64,000 nucleotides of DNA from Polyangiaceae bacterium. Lineage in GTDB: Bacteria > Myxococcota_A > Polyangia > Polyangiales > Polyangiaceae. The stretch lies in the NCBI GenBank assembly GCA_965222375.1, contig CBDCTZ010000016.1:2880001-2944000 (forward strand), given 5' to 3'. The translations under genes and the position numbers were made by a program. The notes under the pieces are model-generated. The model saw only the letters and a list, made by a program, of their open reading frames with translations. It did not search any database and was not told the DNA's origin. Positions 9,775 through 19,040 of this stretch are shown here, in pieces; positions within the stretch are counted from its first letter, which is position 1; each line of letters begins with the position of its first letter.

Positions 9775-12755
9775 GGTTCCAACCTAGCACCCGAAGGCGG
9801 CGCGATCCGCGCGCGTGTGTCCTGCCCCGTCTGCCGCTGTTCTTGCGCGGTGAAGTCAGCTCCTCGCTTCTGGAGCAGGGGTATGATCGGGCGGAAGCCA
9901 TCCGTCAGGGGCAATGTGTCGGAGATGCGAAGCACCTGCGGGACGGCGTGAGGCGGCAAGTGCTCCGCGAGGTGGCGGCCGAGGGCTTCGAAAGAGAGTG
10001 GTGGTCCTTCGAAGACGATGCTTGCGGCGATGGGTTCTGGCCCTGAATCCGTGGGCAGGGCGTAGACGGCTGCCATCGCAGTTTCAGGTAGCAGGTACAA
10101 GACGTCCTCGACCTCTCGGGGATACACGGGGCCACTGGCAGTGCGGATCACGTCGCTTGCGCGCCCGACGAACCAGTAGTCGCCGTCGTCATCTTGCCGC
10201 AGCATGTCCCCGGTTACGAACCAGGCGTCTCCGGGCTCGACCACGCTGCTGAGCACGCGTTGTCGGGCTGGCGACAGCTGGTCTGCCTCCACGCGCGCCA
10301 ACAACAGGCCCGGCTCACCAACGCTTGCGAGTCGGGCGCCGCCGGTGTTGGTGCGCGCGAAGTCCTCACGCTCAAAGTCCCACTCCAAGAGCAGTGGCTG
10401 AGAGCTCCCGGGCAAGGGCCGGCCTAGGGCGCCGAGCTTCTTTCCAGAAGCGTTCGCCAACACTAGCGGGCACTCCGTGGACGCGTACATCTCGAGCACA
10501 CCCACTCCGAAACGCGCCTGCACGCGCTCCTGGTGCGCCTTGCGCATGGCGCTGCCCGCCATCAGTCGCAAGGGGCAATTCCGCTCGTCGTCCGATTGGG
10601 GCGCCTCCAACAGCTCCCGCATCATCTCGCCAGCGTAGAAGGTCACCGTCGCGCCGTAGCCACGCACCTCGCGCCAGAATGTCGCGGGGTCGAAGTGGGT
10701 CGCCAATGCGAGGCGCGTTCCCGATACCAGAGCGCTGCCGACGGAAACCAACAAGCCGGATGGGTGGTGTAGAGGCAGACAGGAATACACCGTATCGTTG
10801 TCGGTCAATGTGGCGGCGGCCGCTGCACCCCAGGCAGATATGGCCCAGCGCCGGTTCGTGATCCGCGCGGCGCGAGGTGGCAAGCCATGCCCAGCGGTCA
10901 CGAAAAGGAGCGCCAGATCTTCCGCGCGCCCGCTGTCCACAGAAAGTGTCGCCGGAAGCTCGACGCTTTCCGGATCGACCTTTTCCAGGTCATGGGTGCC
11001 CGTGGGGAGCGACCGGTTCGGTCCGCCGCCGCCGAGCACCCAGATCTGCTCCTCACTGTTTTCCCGCGCACGAGCCGCGGTATCTGGATCTGCAATGATG
11101 CGGGTGGCCTCAGCCACGTCGAAAGCGGCGCGCAGATCTGAATCCGAAAGCTCTGGGCTCACCAAGGCGGCCACGGCCCCAAGCCGGTTGAGGGCCGTCA
11201 CGACCGACAAGAAACTGGGGCGCGGCCCCATCACCACTGCTACGCGATGACCTCGGCGCACGCCGGCGTGGAACAAGCCACGGACCACTGCGTCTACTCG
11301 TCGGTTCGCGTCGGCGTAGGAGAACGCACGACCCTTCCACAAGAAGAACGTCTGTTCGCCGATGCGCTCTGCCTGTTTCGCCAAGCTGCGCGCGCAACTG
11401 ACCCGTGTCCCGTCCTCCAACCGCTGCAAGCGCAAGAGGCGAGGCAGCTGATAGCGCAACGCGTCGGCGGAGTGGGCGAAGTCCTCGAACCGGTTGCCTA
11501 GGTTGTTCCACAGCTGCTCCGCCGTGCCTCGAAGAGCATCTGTGAACAGTTCGACCTCCAGGGGCTCATCGAAGGCTGCGTCCTCGATCTCCACATCTTC
11601 CTGCGGCTCCTGGGAGGGCTCGTCGATGCTGAGCAAGCGCGGGCGGCCACCCGCGCCCTCCTGCCACTTCAACCATTCGACGACCGTGGGCCAAGAGTCC
11701 CGCAGCGAAGTCGAGCCAATCACCAGCCCAAAGTGGCCGGCGGGTACGAAAGCCTCGAAGACCTCGGCGTTGCGCACTGCTTTCTTGACTGCCCTTACGG
11801 CAGGTGGGCGAGCGATCTCGTCTCGGGTGCCAACGAAACACAAAACCGGGCAGCGAATGTCGGACAAGGCCACGGTACGGCCATCAATCACGAAGCCGCC
11901 GCTCATCATGCGGTTGTGTACGATGAACTCGTCGATGAACTTGAGCAGTGCCGGCCCGGGCCAGGACACGAAACCTTCACCGTTGAGGAAGCGTCGGCGC
12001 GTTTCGCGTTTCGCTAAAGCGTTGCGGTCGTGAAGGTTTTTCACGAAGCCTACGAGCTGCTCGAGCTCCTTCTTCGGTGAAAGCAGTTTGAACCCGGTGC
12101 TGGTCAGGATCGCCGGCAGGCCCTCGATACGTCTGAGCGGAGGTTCAACGACATGCCGCAGGCCGCGGATCAGCCGCGCGGTGATGTTGGTGCTGACCCG
12201 CGGCAAGGTCTTGTGAATGTCCACAGGGCTGCCGAAGGTCAGAATGGAGGCTAGACCGTCAGAGCCCAGAAAGGCCGCAGCCTGATACGCGAACATGCCT
12301 CCTTGGGAATAGCCTGCGAGGTGAACCGCGCGGCCAGTAGCGTCTCGAACGCGGCCAACGGCATCGACGACTGCGCGCACGTGATCATCCAAGGTGCGCG
12401 TCATGCCCTCCTCTTCACGCTCCGGCGCACCAAAGTCGACGACCCAGGGGTCGATCCCTTGCTTGAGCAGGAAGTCCACGGCCGACAGATCCGGTGCCAG
12501 GTCGTAGATCTCCGCCGTCAGCATGAGCGGAGGGATCAAGAGCAGCGCGGGCCGTTCGGCGTCGGTCTCGAGCTCGGGGCGGTACCTGCGTAGCTGGTAG
12601 GAGGCCTCGCGATGCAACACGTCGAAGGGCACAGCCTCGCGCTCCGTCAGACGCCCCAGGCGCATCAGCTCCAGGGTGTTCTGCACCCCTAGACTGACGC
12701 GCCGCGCGAGGCGCTTGCGCCGTTTCTTCCGTGGCGGCCGCGCTCGTTGCTTCAT
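9771..12755 (-). CDS. Fusion of a PhaC-like alpha/beta hydrolase with an acyl-CoA synthetase-like domain (Rv1683-like)
   Basis: N-terminus has LLLIPPLM, GYSQGG nucleophile elbow, D (GTRDEIA) and H (AGHFG). C-terminus has CLPLHH, EMYASTE and TGDMLR.D.DG.YWFVGR. ATGA overlap with the YbaN gene. Confidence 0.85.
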   Translation of the reverse strand: MKQRARPPRKKRRKRLARRVSLGVQNTLELMRLGRLTEREAVPFDVLHREASYQLRRYRPELETDAERPALLLIPPLMLTAEIYDLAPDLSAVDFLLKQGIDPWVVDFGAPEREEEGMTRTLDDHVRAVVDAVGRVRDATGRAVHLAGYSQGGMFAYQAAAFLGSDGLASILTFGSPVDIHKTLPRVSTNITARLIRGLRHVVEPPLRRIEGLPAILTSTGFKLLSPKKELEQLVGFVKNLHDRNALAKRETRRRFLNGEGFVSWPGPALLKFIDEFIVHNRMMSGGFVIDGRTVALSDIRCPVLCFVGTRDEIARPPAVRAVKKAVRNAEVFEAFVPAGHFGLVIGSTSLRDSWPTVVEWLKWQEGAGGRPRLLSIDEPSQEPQEDVEIEDAAFDEPLEVELFTDALRGTAEQLWNNLGNRFEDFAHSADALRYQLPRLLRLQRLEDGTRVSCARSLAKQAERIGEQTFFLWKGRAFSYADANRRVDAVVRGLFHAGVRRGHRVAVVMGPRPSFLSVVTALNRLGAVAALVSPELSDSDLRAAFDVAEATRIIADPDTAARARENSEEQIWVLGGGGPNRSLPTGTHDLEKVDPESVELPATLSVDSGRAEDLALLFVTAGHGLPPRAARITNRRWAISAWGAAAAATLTDNDTVYSCLPLHHPSGLLVSVGSALVSGTRLALATHFDPATFWREVRGYGATVTFYAGEMMRELLEAPQSDDERNCPLRLMAGSAMRKAHQERVQARFGVGVLEMYASTECPLVLANASGKKLGALGRPLPGSSQPLLLEWDFEREDFARTNTGGARLASVGEPGLLLARVEADQLSPARQRVLSSVVEPGDAWFVTGDMLRQDDDGDYWFVGRASDVIRTASGPVYPREVEDVLYLLPETAMAAVYALPTDSGPEPIAASIVFEGPPLSFEALGRHLAEHLPPHAVPQVLRISDTLPLTDGFRPIIPLLQKRGADFTAQEQRQTGQDTRARIAPPSGARLEP

Positions 12756-12836
12756 GTTCGCGCCGGCATTTTAGCGCACGAACCACTGCCGGGATACGGT
12801 GGGGCTGCCCTCAGGGCGGGCACAGCCGGATCGCCC

Positions 12837-13631
12837 TCAAGGGTGCGACTGCTCCAGGCTGGGCGAAGCGAAGGTGTCCGGACTGCTCGTCATGCCCACG
12901 TGGGCGCGCACCGCGGGCAGCGCGCGTTCGATGGCGGCCCGGGACTGGCCTCGCAGCCGGGGCAGGTCGTCGAGAGTCTTGCCCTCGGTCGAGATCGGCT
13001 CGAGAACCCGGGCGTGCGCGCGGGCCTTGCCGAACCAGAGGGAACCTTTGGGCCGGCACGTTCGGGAGCCCGCGATCGCCACGGGCAGGATCGGTACGCC
13101 TGCCTCGATGGCGAGGCGAAAGGCGCCGTCTTTGAAGGGCAGTAGCTTGCCGTCGGGGGAGCGCGTCCCCTCTGGGAACATCATGATGGGCATACCGCCT
13201 CGAAGGGTGCGCAGGCACTCCGCCATCATGGCCTCGACGCTCGCCCGTTGCCCTCGCTTCAAGGGGATGTCACCGCCCAAGTGCATCAGCCAGCCAAGCA
13301 ATGGGAGTTTGAAGATCTCCTCCTTGGCCACCCAACGCATGTCCCAGGGCAGGAACGAAAGTAGGAATGGATCCGCCGTGGATTCGTGGTTGGAAATGAC
13401 CACGTAGCCGCGCTTCAAGATATCTGGTGGCGGCACGCCGTCGGTGGAGAACCTCCAAACCGGCGTGAGCCGTGACGAAGTGCGACCGAATCGGCGCATC
13501 CAGCGGCCTTGGATCCGGCGCGTCGGGTCGCCCCGATGCCTCAAGTGTGACACCGCCATGCACGGCAGAAATCCGATCGCGCAGCTGAAGAACTCCGCGT
13601 AGGTGTAGAGGCCGAGAGCCGGATGGGTCAC
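12837..13631 (-). CDS. Lysophospholipid / 1-acyl-sn-glycerol-3-phosphate acyltransferase (PlsC family)
   Basis: SNHESTAD (HX4D), FPEGTRS, PFKDGAF, PILPVAI. Confidence 0.92.
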   Translation of the reverse strand: MTHPALGLYTYAEFFSCAIGFLPCMAVSHLRHRGDPTRRIQGRWMRRFGRTSSRLTPVWRFSTDGVPPPDILKRGYVVISNHESTADPFLLSFLPWDMRWVAKEEIFKLPLLGWLMHLGGDIPLKRGQRASVEAMMAECLRTLRGGMPIMMFPEGTRSPDGKLLPFKDGAFRLAIEAGVPILPVAIAGSRTCRPKGSLWFGKARAHARVLEPISTEGKTLDDLPRLRGQSRAAIERALPAVRAHVGMTSSPDTFASPSLEQSHP

Positions 13632-14804
13632 GACATCAGCTTGTCCCAGCTTGGGCTACCCGAATTTCATGATTTGGTCACGCCGCAGAGCTGCTCGCGC
13701 CGCCCTTGGAATATTTGTACTTCCGATGGGGCGCTGACCGTGCCCGGGCATTCGGCGCGGGTGGTCGGCAGCTTGCGCCCAACTCGCCCGCGGTGCGGTG
13801 CTTTTTGCGCCGTTGCCCGGGCTTTTCGGCGATCGGCTTGCCTTTCGGGCGGTGCGGCTCAACGACTTCGGTTCTTGGTTCGATCGGCTTTCAGCACGAG
13901 TTTCTTGGCGGCGACCTTCGTCTGCGTGGGCGCGAGTGCGCAAACACAAGCTAGGCAGACGGAGCACCAAGCTCGGGATCTGATCATTGACACGGAGCGG
14001 ATCGTCGAATCCGAAGATCTCACCGGCTGGTTCACCGAGGAGGAGGCGCACCGATCCATGCGCCCCACTATGCTCAAGTCCGTATGTCGGGTGTTGCCTG
14101 AGGCGCGAGAGCGCGCCCTCGAGATCCTGCAGCGGCGAACTGAGGAGCTCGGGGACGCTCGGGAGCTCTTCGACAAGTACGGGGAGATGACTTCGGAGGT
14201 GCGCAAGGCCCGCCGTGCCGAGCGAGAGCGAGATGCCCTGGCTCGTGCACTCGGGGAAGTGGAGGACTGTCCGTTCTGGGTCAAGACCGACCCGTCCTTT
14301 CACGGTCTGCAGACAGACGCCGACCGGTTGAGTTTGAATCTCGAAACCGGTGGCTTGCTCCAGATCCGGCGCACCGCCGGCAGCTGGACCTTTGGTGGCG
14401 GTGGTTACGGAAGGATACTTGGAGGCTACGGCTGGGGAGGGGACTTCACCCTGCTATTGGGACCCGAGTTCGGGGGGGGAGCCATGCTGCGCCCCAACAC
14501 GCAACCGACCGAGCTTGTGATCAACTACTTCCCTGCCATACCTGTGGTGTTTCGGTTTCACGACGTTGCTTGGCACTACGACGCAGAGTTGGCGCCGGTT
14601 GCGTTGTTTCAGGCCGACGACTCGAGCCTCAGCTACGGCGCGCGGATCGGGGGAACCATCGGCGTGAAGGCGCTCAGGATCCGCGGATTCATTCCCTGGG
14701 CTGGGCTGGCCGTCGCCTACGAGCACTACCTACCCAGTGGTGGACGCCCCCGCGCCCACTTTGCCCGTGGCGGGCTGCGCGTGGGCTTCATGTGGGCGCC
14801 CTAG
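13623..14804 (+). CDS. Hypothetical exported/outer-membrane protein; true start probably near 13870
   Basis: Signal-like stretch FLAATFVCVGASA, helical N-part, Gly/aromatic-rich beta-strand C-part ending LRVGFMWAP. Confidence 0.6.
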   Translation: MGHDISLSQLGLPEFHDLVTPQSCSRRPWNICTSDGALTVPGHSARVVGSLRPTRPRCGAFCAVARAFRRSACLSGGAAQRLRFLVRSAFSTSFLAATFVCVGASAQTQARQTEHQARDLIIDTERIVESEDLTGWFTEEEAHRSMRPTMLKSVCRVLPEARERALEILQRRTEELGDARELFDKYGEMTSEVRKARRAERERDALARALGEVEDCPFWVKTDPSFHGLQTDADRLSLNLETGGLLQIRRTAGSWTFGGGGYGRILGGYGWGGDFTLLLGPEFGGGAMLRPNTQPTELVINYFPAIPVVFRFHDVAWHYDAELAPVALFQADDSSLSYGARIGGTIGVKALRIRGFIPWAGLAVAYEHYLPSGGRPRAHFARGGLRVGFMWAP

Positions 14805-14848
14805 GCGGGCGAGAAGAATGCCGCGACGCTTACGCCGCGGTGCATCAA

Positions 14849-14870
14849 ATGACTCCATGATTTGAGTCAT
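14849..14870. promoter_or_regulatory. Palindromic operator candidate ATGACTC-N8-GAGTCAT upstream of the ior/iaa-like cluster
   Basis: Perfect 7-bp inverted repeat in an AT-richer intergenic patch about 200 bp before iorA. Confidence 0.5.
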
Positions 14871-14982
14871 GTACGGCGCCGCGCTGCCGCGTTGGGTTAG
14901 CTGTGCGCGTAGTGCCCGTGCCTCGACGAACAACCCCTCGTCATCAGGCATGAAGCTCGGCGGGCGAGGGAGGTGGCGTCTC

Positions 14983-15057
14983 GTGGCAGAGCTGAAGGTC
15001 GACAAGAAGTTCAGGAGTTGTTGTAGCTGCCTGAGACGGGTGTGGACCGACAACTAG
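14983..15057 (+). CDS. Putative 24-aa small/leader peptide MAELKVDKKFRSCCSCLRRVWTDN
   Basis: GGAGG at 14969-14973, 9 nt before GTG 14983; ends 12 nt before iorA. Confidence 0.35.
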   Translation: MAELKVDKKFRSCCSCLRRVWTDN

Positions 15058-15069
15058 GGCTGACCTGGG

Positions 15070-18000
15070 GTGACGATGGGTTCGAATTGGCAGCAACAAC
15101 CGACGGATGAGCCGCTGCTTGCGGCGGCGGGACACGAGGCCTGCCTACTCGGCAATGAGGCGATCGTGCGCGGCGCGTTGGAAGCAGGGGTCGTGTTTGC
15201 GACGGGCTACCCGGGCACGCCATCGAGCGAGATCACGGACAGCTTCGCGCGCCTGAGCAAAGACGACGGGTTGCTATTCGAATACGCCGTGAACGAGAAG
15301 ATCGCCTTGGAGCTCGCCTTCGCGGCTTCCTTGGCGGGTGGTCGGTCCATTGCAGCGATGAAACACCTCGGCCTGATGGTTGCCGGGGACCCGCTCTCTA
15401 CCATCCCCTATATCGGCACCGAAGCAGGCATGGTGGTTGTCAGCGCGGGTGACCCTTCCTGTCATACGAGCCCGAATGAGCAGGACCAGCGCCATCTCGG
15501 GCCGATGCTGCATTTGCCGATCCTCGACCCAACTGACCCCACCGATGCTCTCGAGATGACGCGGTTTGGTTTCGAGCTCTCCGAGCGCGCGCGTCTGCCC
15601 GTGCTGCTGCGCACTACGACTCGGGTTGCGCATGGGCGAGCGACCATGAGTCTTGGTCCGCTGCGCGAACGAACCGTCACCGCGTTCCAGCGCCAACCGG
15701 CTCGCTACGTACCGATCCCGAGAAACGCCCGCAGAATGCGGCTCGAGATCGAGGGGCGGATGGAGCGTGCGCTCGAGCTCGTGGAGGGGTCTGCGTTTCT
15801 GCGCCAACACGGCGACGGCCCGGTGGCGGTCGTGGCCCAGGGCGCGCCAGCCGCCATTTGCCGCGAGCTTCTGGAGGAGCCGCCCTTCGCCGGGCAGGTT
15901 TCGCTTTTCAGTGTTGGTGTGGCGCATCCTTTGCCAGAGAAGTTTCTGGCTCGAGCTTTGCGCTCGGCCAGCCGAGTGCTGGTCGTCGAAGAGCTCTCAC
16001 CCTATTTGGAAAACGCGCTGTTCGCTCTGTCGGCGCGCCTCCGCATCAACGTCGAGATCCTCGGCAAGCTCAGTGGCCACTTGCCAATGGCATTCGAATA
16101 CGAGCCGGCGCACGTCGGAGCCGCTCTGCGCGCCGCCTGCGGGCTGCCGGAGCAACCTGCCAAGAAGGTGGTGTCCCTGAATGTCGAGGCCAGGCCACCG
16201 TCGCTGTGCCCTGGTTGCCCGCATCGTGCCAGTTTCGTCGCCGCCCGCGCGGCGTTTGATGAGAGCCAGCTCTACTTCAACGACATCGGCTGCTACACCC
16301 TCGGCTACGCGCCTCCCCACAACGTTGCGGACGCTCTGGTCTGCATGGGGGCCGGGTTCACCTTGGCAGCCGGGGTGGCGCGGGTATCAGGAACGCGCAC
16401 CGTGGGCTTCATGGGCGACTCGACGTTCTTCCATGCGGGAATGCCCGCGCTGCTAGATGCCTTGAAGGAGAACGCCAGCGTCGTTGCGGTCATTTTGGAC
16501 AATCAGGTTACCGCGATGACCGGCTTCCAAGAGAGTGCCGCCCAAGAGATAACCAGCCCAGCCTCGATCGAAGAGGTGGTCCGCGGACTCGGAGCGAAAC
16601 AGGTTCGGGTAGTGGACCCCTACGACTTGGGCGAGACAATCGCGGGATTCCGCGCCGCACGCGAGGAAGAGGGCGTCAGTGTGATCATCGCGCGACGGGC
16701 CTGCCCCGTATACGATGCGCGCCTGTTGGGACGCGCCGCACGTCCCCCGCCCCACGAGGTGGACGCCGACGCGTGCAGGAGCTGCGGACGTTCGAGCCAT
16801 GGCATGCGTTGCGCGCAGACGATGACCGATGGTTTCGAGCGGAATCTGGCGCGCGCTCGCGCGATTCGTGAACGCGAGCACAGCTTCGACGTTGCGCCTT
16901 GTGCTGAACGTTGCCCACTATCCCTGTGCATTCAGGGCTACGCCGGACATGTCGTTGCCGGTGAGCTGCCCGAGGCCTTGGGTCACATCCTAGCCCGCAC
17001 GCCGCTGCCCGAAAGTGTGTGTCGGGTCTGCGACCGCCCTTGTGAGGTCGGTTGCGTTCGCAATGCCATCGACGAAACCGTTGGCATCAACGATCTGAAG
17101 CGGTACGTCGTCGATTGGGCGAGCAGAGAGCGCCCGGAGCTGTTCGCGACGGAATGCGAGGCGCGACACGGAAGCCGTGTCGCGGTCGTGGGGGCCGGCC
17201 CGGCTGGCCTGTCCGCAACTCAAGAGCTGTGCCGCCGCGGCTACCGCGTGACCCTGATCGAAGCGGCGGATCGTGCTGGGGGCTTGCTCTCCCGCGGTAT
17301 CCCGAGCTACCGCCTGCCTCCCGACGCGGTGGCGCGTGATCTGAGCAGGCTGCTCGAACTCGACGTAGAGCTGCGCACGAACACCCGCTTGGGTCTCGAC
17401 GTGACTCTCGACGCACTTCTGAGCGAGGGGCACGACGCCGTGGTCGTCTGCGTCGGTGCAGACCGGGGCAGGTCACTGACCCTTCCTGGCGAAGGGCCGC
17501 GTCGGGCTGTGGCTCTGGAATACCTTCGAGAGCACGCCGACGGGAAAGGGGCCGAGCTGGCCGCTGAAAATGTAGTGGTGATTGGCGGAGGCAACGCGGC
17601 GGTTGACGCCGCCCGAACCGCGCTGCGCAGCGGCGCGAGGAGCGTGCAGCTCGCCTGCCTGGAAGCGCGCGCGGAGATGCCGGCGTTGCCGGATGAAGTC
17701 GTGGCGGCTCAGCGTGAGGGCGTTCGGATCGTCAACGAAGTGCGCCCGTTACGTACCGAAACCGGGCGGGTGATTGTCGAGTCTCTGGCAGAGCCGACCC
17801 GTGAGACGGCTCTTGCTGCGGAGCTGCTGCTGTTCGCGGTGGGTCAAGAACCGGTCCTCGACGCTTTGAGCGTCGACGGTCGGCCCCTTCGCCGCACTGA
17901 AGCTGGCCTGCTTCAGGTCGACCCGGAGACCTTGGCCACGTCGGATCCGCGCATCTTCGCGGCCGGGGATGTGACGGAGGGCCGGCGAATGGTCACGGCG

Positions 18001-18417
18001 GCGATGGGTTATGGGCTCCGCGCCGCGTGGGGAATCGATCGGCAGATCCGCGGCGCGAAGATCGCTGACCGCCGCATGCCGCCTCCCCCTGTCAAGACGG
18101 GGCGACCGGCTGCGCCGCCCACCGGCGGACCTCGCGCCGCACGAAACCACCCGCAGCACATGAGCCCCGCTGAGTCCGCAAAGACCTTCAGTGAAACCGC
18201 CGGCGTGTTGGACGCAGCGGCCGCTTACCGCGAGGCGCATCGCTGCTTGCAGTGTGGACAGTGTGGGAATTGCCGCGCATGCATCGACACCCTCGCGTGC
18301 CCGGCGCTCACCGAGCAGGGCGGCGTGGTGGACATCGAGCCCTCCCTGTGCATCGCGTGCGGTGTTTGTGAGCTGGTGTGCTCCAACCAAGCCATCACGC
18401 CGGGGGGGCCATCATGA
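15070..18417 (+). CDS. iorA: Indolepyruvate oxidoreductase alpha subunit fused with a GltD/SudA-like FAD/Fe-S oxidoreductase module
   Basis: LGNEAIVRGALEAG, GYPGTPSSEI, NEKIALE, MKHLGL, LCPGCPHR, DIGCY, GDSTFFHAG...LDNQVTAMTG (TPP binding). Then APCAERCP, CRVCDRPCEVGC, GAGPAG, VIGGGNAAVDAAR, FAAGD, EAHRC, and a terminal CxxCxxC...CP / CxxCxxCxxxC ferredoxin. Confidence 0.9.
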   Translation: MTMGSNWQQQPTDEPLLAAAGHEACLLGNEAIVRGALEAGVVFATGYPGTPSSEITDSFARLSKDDGLLFEYAVNEKIALELAFAASLAGGRSIAAMKHLGLMVAGDPLSTIPYIGTEAGMVVVSAGDPSCHTSPNEQDQRHLGPMLHLPILDPTDPTDALEMTRFGFELSERARLPVLLRTTTRVAHGRATMSLGPLRERTVTAFQRQPARYVPIPRNARRMRLEIEGRMERALELVEGSAFLRQHGDGPVAVVAQGAPAAICRELLEEPPFAGQVSLFSVGVAHPLPEKFLARALRSASRVLVVEELSPYLENALFALSARLRINVEILGKLSGHLPMAFEYEPAHVGAALRAACGLPEQPAKKVVSLNVEARPPSLCPGCPHRASFVAARAAFDESQLYFNDIGCYTLGYAPPHNVADALVCMGAGFTLAAGVARVSGTRTVGFMGDSTFFHAGMPALLDALKENASVVAVILDNQVTAMTGFQESAAQEITSPASIEEVVRGLGAKQVRVVDPYDLGETIAGFRAAREEEGVSVIIARRACPVYDARLLGRAARPPPHEVDADACRSCGRSSHGMRCAQTMTDGFERNLARARAIREREHSFDVAPCAERCPLSLCIQGYAGHVVAGELPEALGHILARTPLPESVCRVCDRPCEVGCVRNAIDETVGINDLKRYVVDWASRERPELFATECEARHGSRVAVVGAGPAGLSATQELCRRGYRVTLIEAADRAGGLLSRGIPSYRLPPDAVARDLSRLLELDVELRTNTRLGLDVTLDALLSEGHDAVVVCVGADRGRSLTLPGEGPRRAVALEYLREHADGKGAELAAENVVVIGGGNAAVDAARTALRSGARSVQLACLEARAEMPALPDEVVAAQREGVRIVNEVRPLRTETGRVIVESLAEPTRETALAAELLLFAVGQEPVLDALSVDGRPLRRTEAGLLQVDPETLATSDPRIFAAGDVTEGRRMVTAAMGYGLRAAWGIDRQIRGAKIADRRMPPPPVKTGRPAAPPTGGPRAARNHPQHMSPAESAKTFSETAGVLDAAAAYREAHRCLQCGQCGNCRACIDTLACPALTEQGGVVDIEPSLCIACGVCELVCSNQAITPGGPS

Positions 18418-19040
18418 GCGCGGAGCTGTGCAAGCTCTTGGTGGTTGGTGTTGGTGGGCAGGGGGTGCTCACGGCTTCTCAAATCGTCGGCAATGCAGCC
18501 CACGCCGCGGGGCTGCCGGTCCGGGTGGGGCAGCTGCACGGCATGTCCCAGCGCGGGGGAAGCATCGAGTGCACGGTGCTGTTCGGTCCAGGCCACTCGA
18601 CATTCATCGGCGACGGTGAGGCAGACCTAGTGCTGGCATTCGAGCCCATGGAAGGTCTGCGCGCCCTGCGCCGGATGCACCCGACGACTCGAGTCCTGCT
18701 CAACGTCGACCCCATCGTTCCCTTCGAAATGATCCGCGCTGGCCGCGAGTATCCAGCGGCCGCCGAGGTGATCAGCAACATCGATTCGGTCTGTGGTGAG
18801 GTCATCAGCCTTTCCGGTGCCGAGCTGGTCCGAAAGAGCGGTGCGGACCGCACTCTCAACGCCGTATTGCTGGGCGCGGCCCAGGCTCTTGGTTTCTTTC
18901 CCTTCGACCAGGCTCAACTCGAGGCGGCGGTGATATCGCGATGCGGCGCCAGGTTCGCAGCCTCCAATCTTCAAGCAATGGCGCTTGGCTGCGATCGGGC
19001 GCGCGCCTTGGGCAATCTTCCAAAAGAGGGCCATGCATGA
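18414..19040 (+). CDS. iorB: Indolepyruvate oxidoreductase beta subunit
   Basis: GVGGQGVL, HGMSQRGGS, AFEPMEGLR, NAVLLGA. ATGA overlap with iorA. Confidence 0.92.
   Translation: MSAELCKLLVVGVGGQGVLTASQIVGNAAHAAGLPVRVGQLHGMSQRGGSIECTVLFGPGHSTFIGDGEADLVLAFEPMEGLRALRRMHPTTRVLLNVDPIVPFEMIRAGREYPAAAEVISNIDSVCGEVISLSGAELVRKSGADRTLNAVLLGAAQALGFFPFDQAQLEAAVISRCGARFAASNLQAMALGCDRARALGNLPKEGHA

Noticed and set aside
9771..12755. True PHA synthase (phaC)
   Set aside because: Ser rather than Cys at the nucleophile elbow, and no phaA/phaB/phaE/phasin genes nearby.
15055..15070. Stop-codon readthrough (Sec/Pyl) joining the small ORF to iorA
   Set aside because: Two different in-frame stops (TAG, then TGA) would both need recoding, and IorA is complete without the extension.
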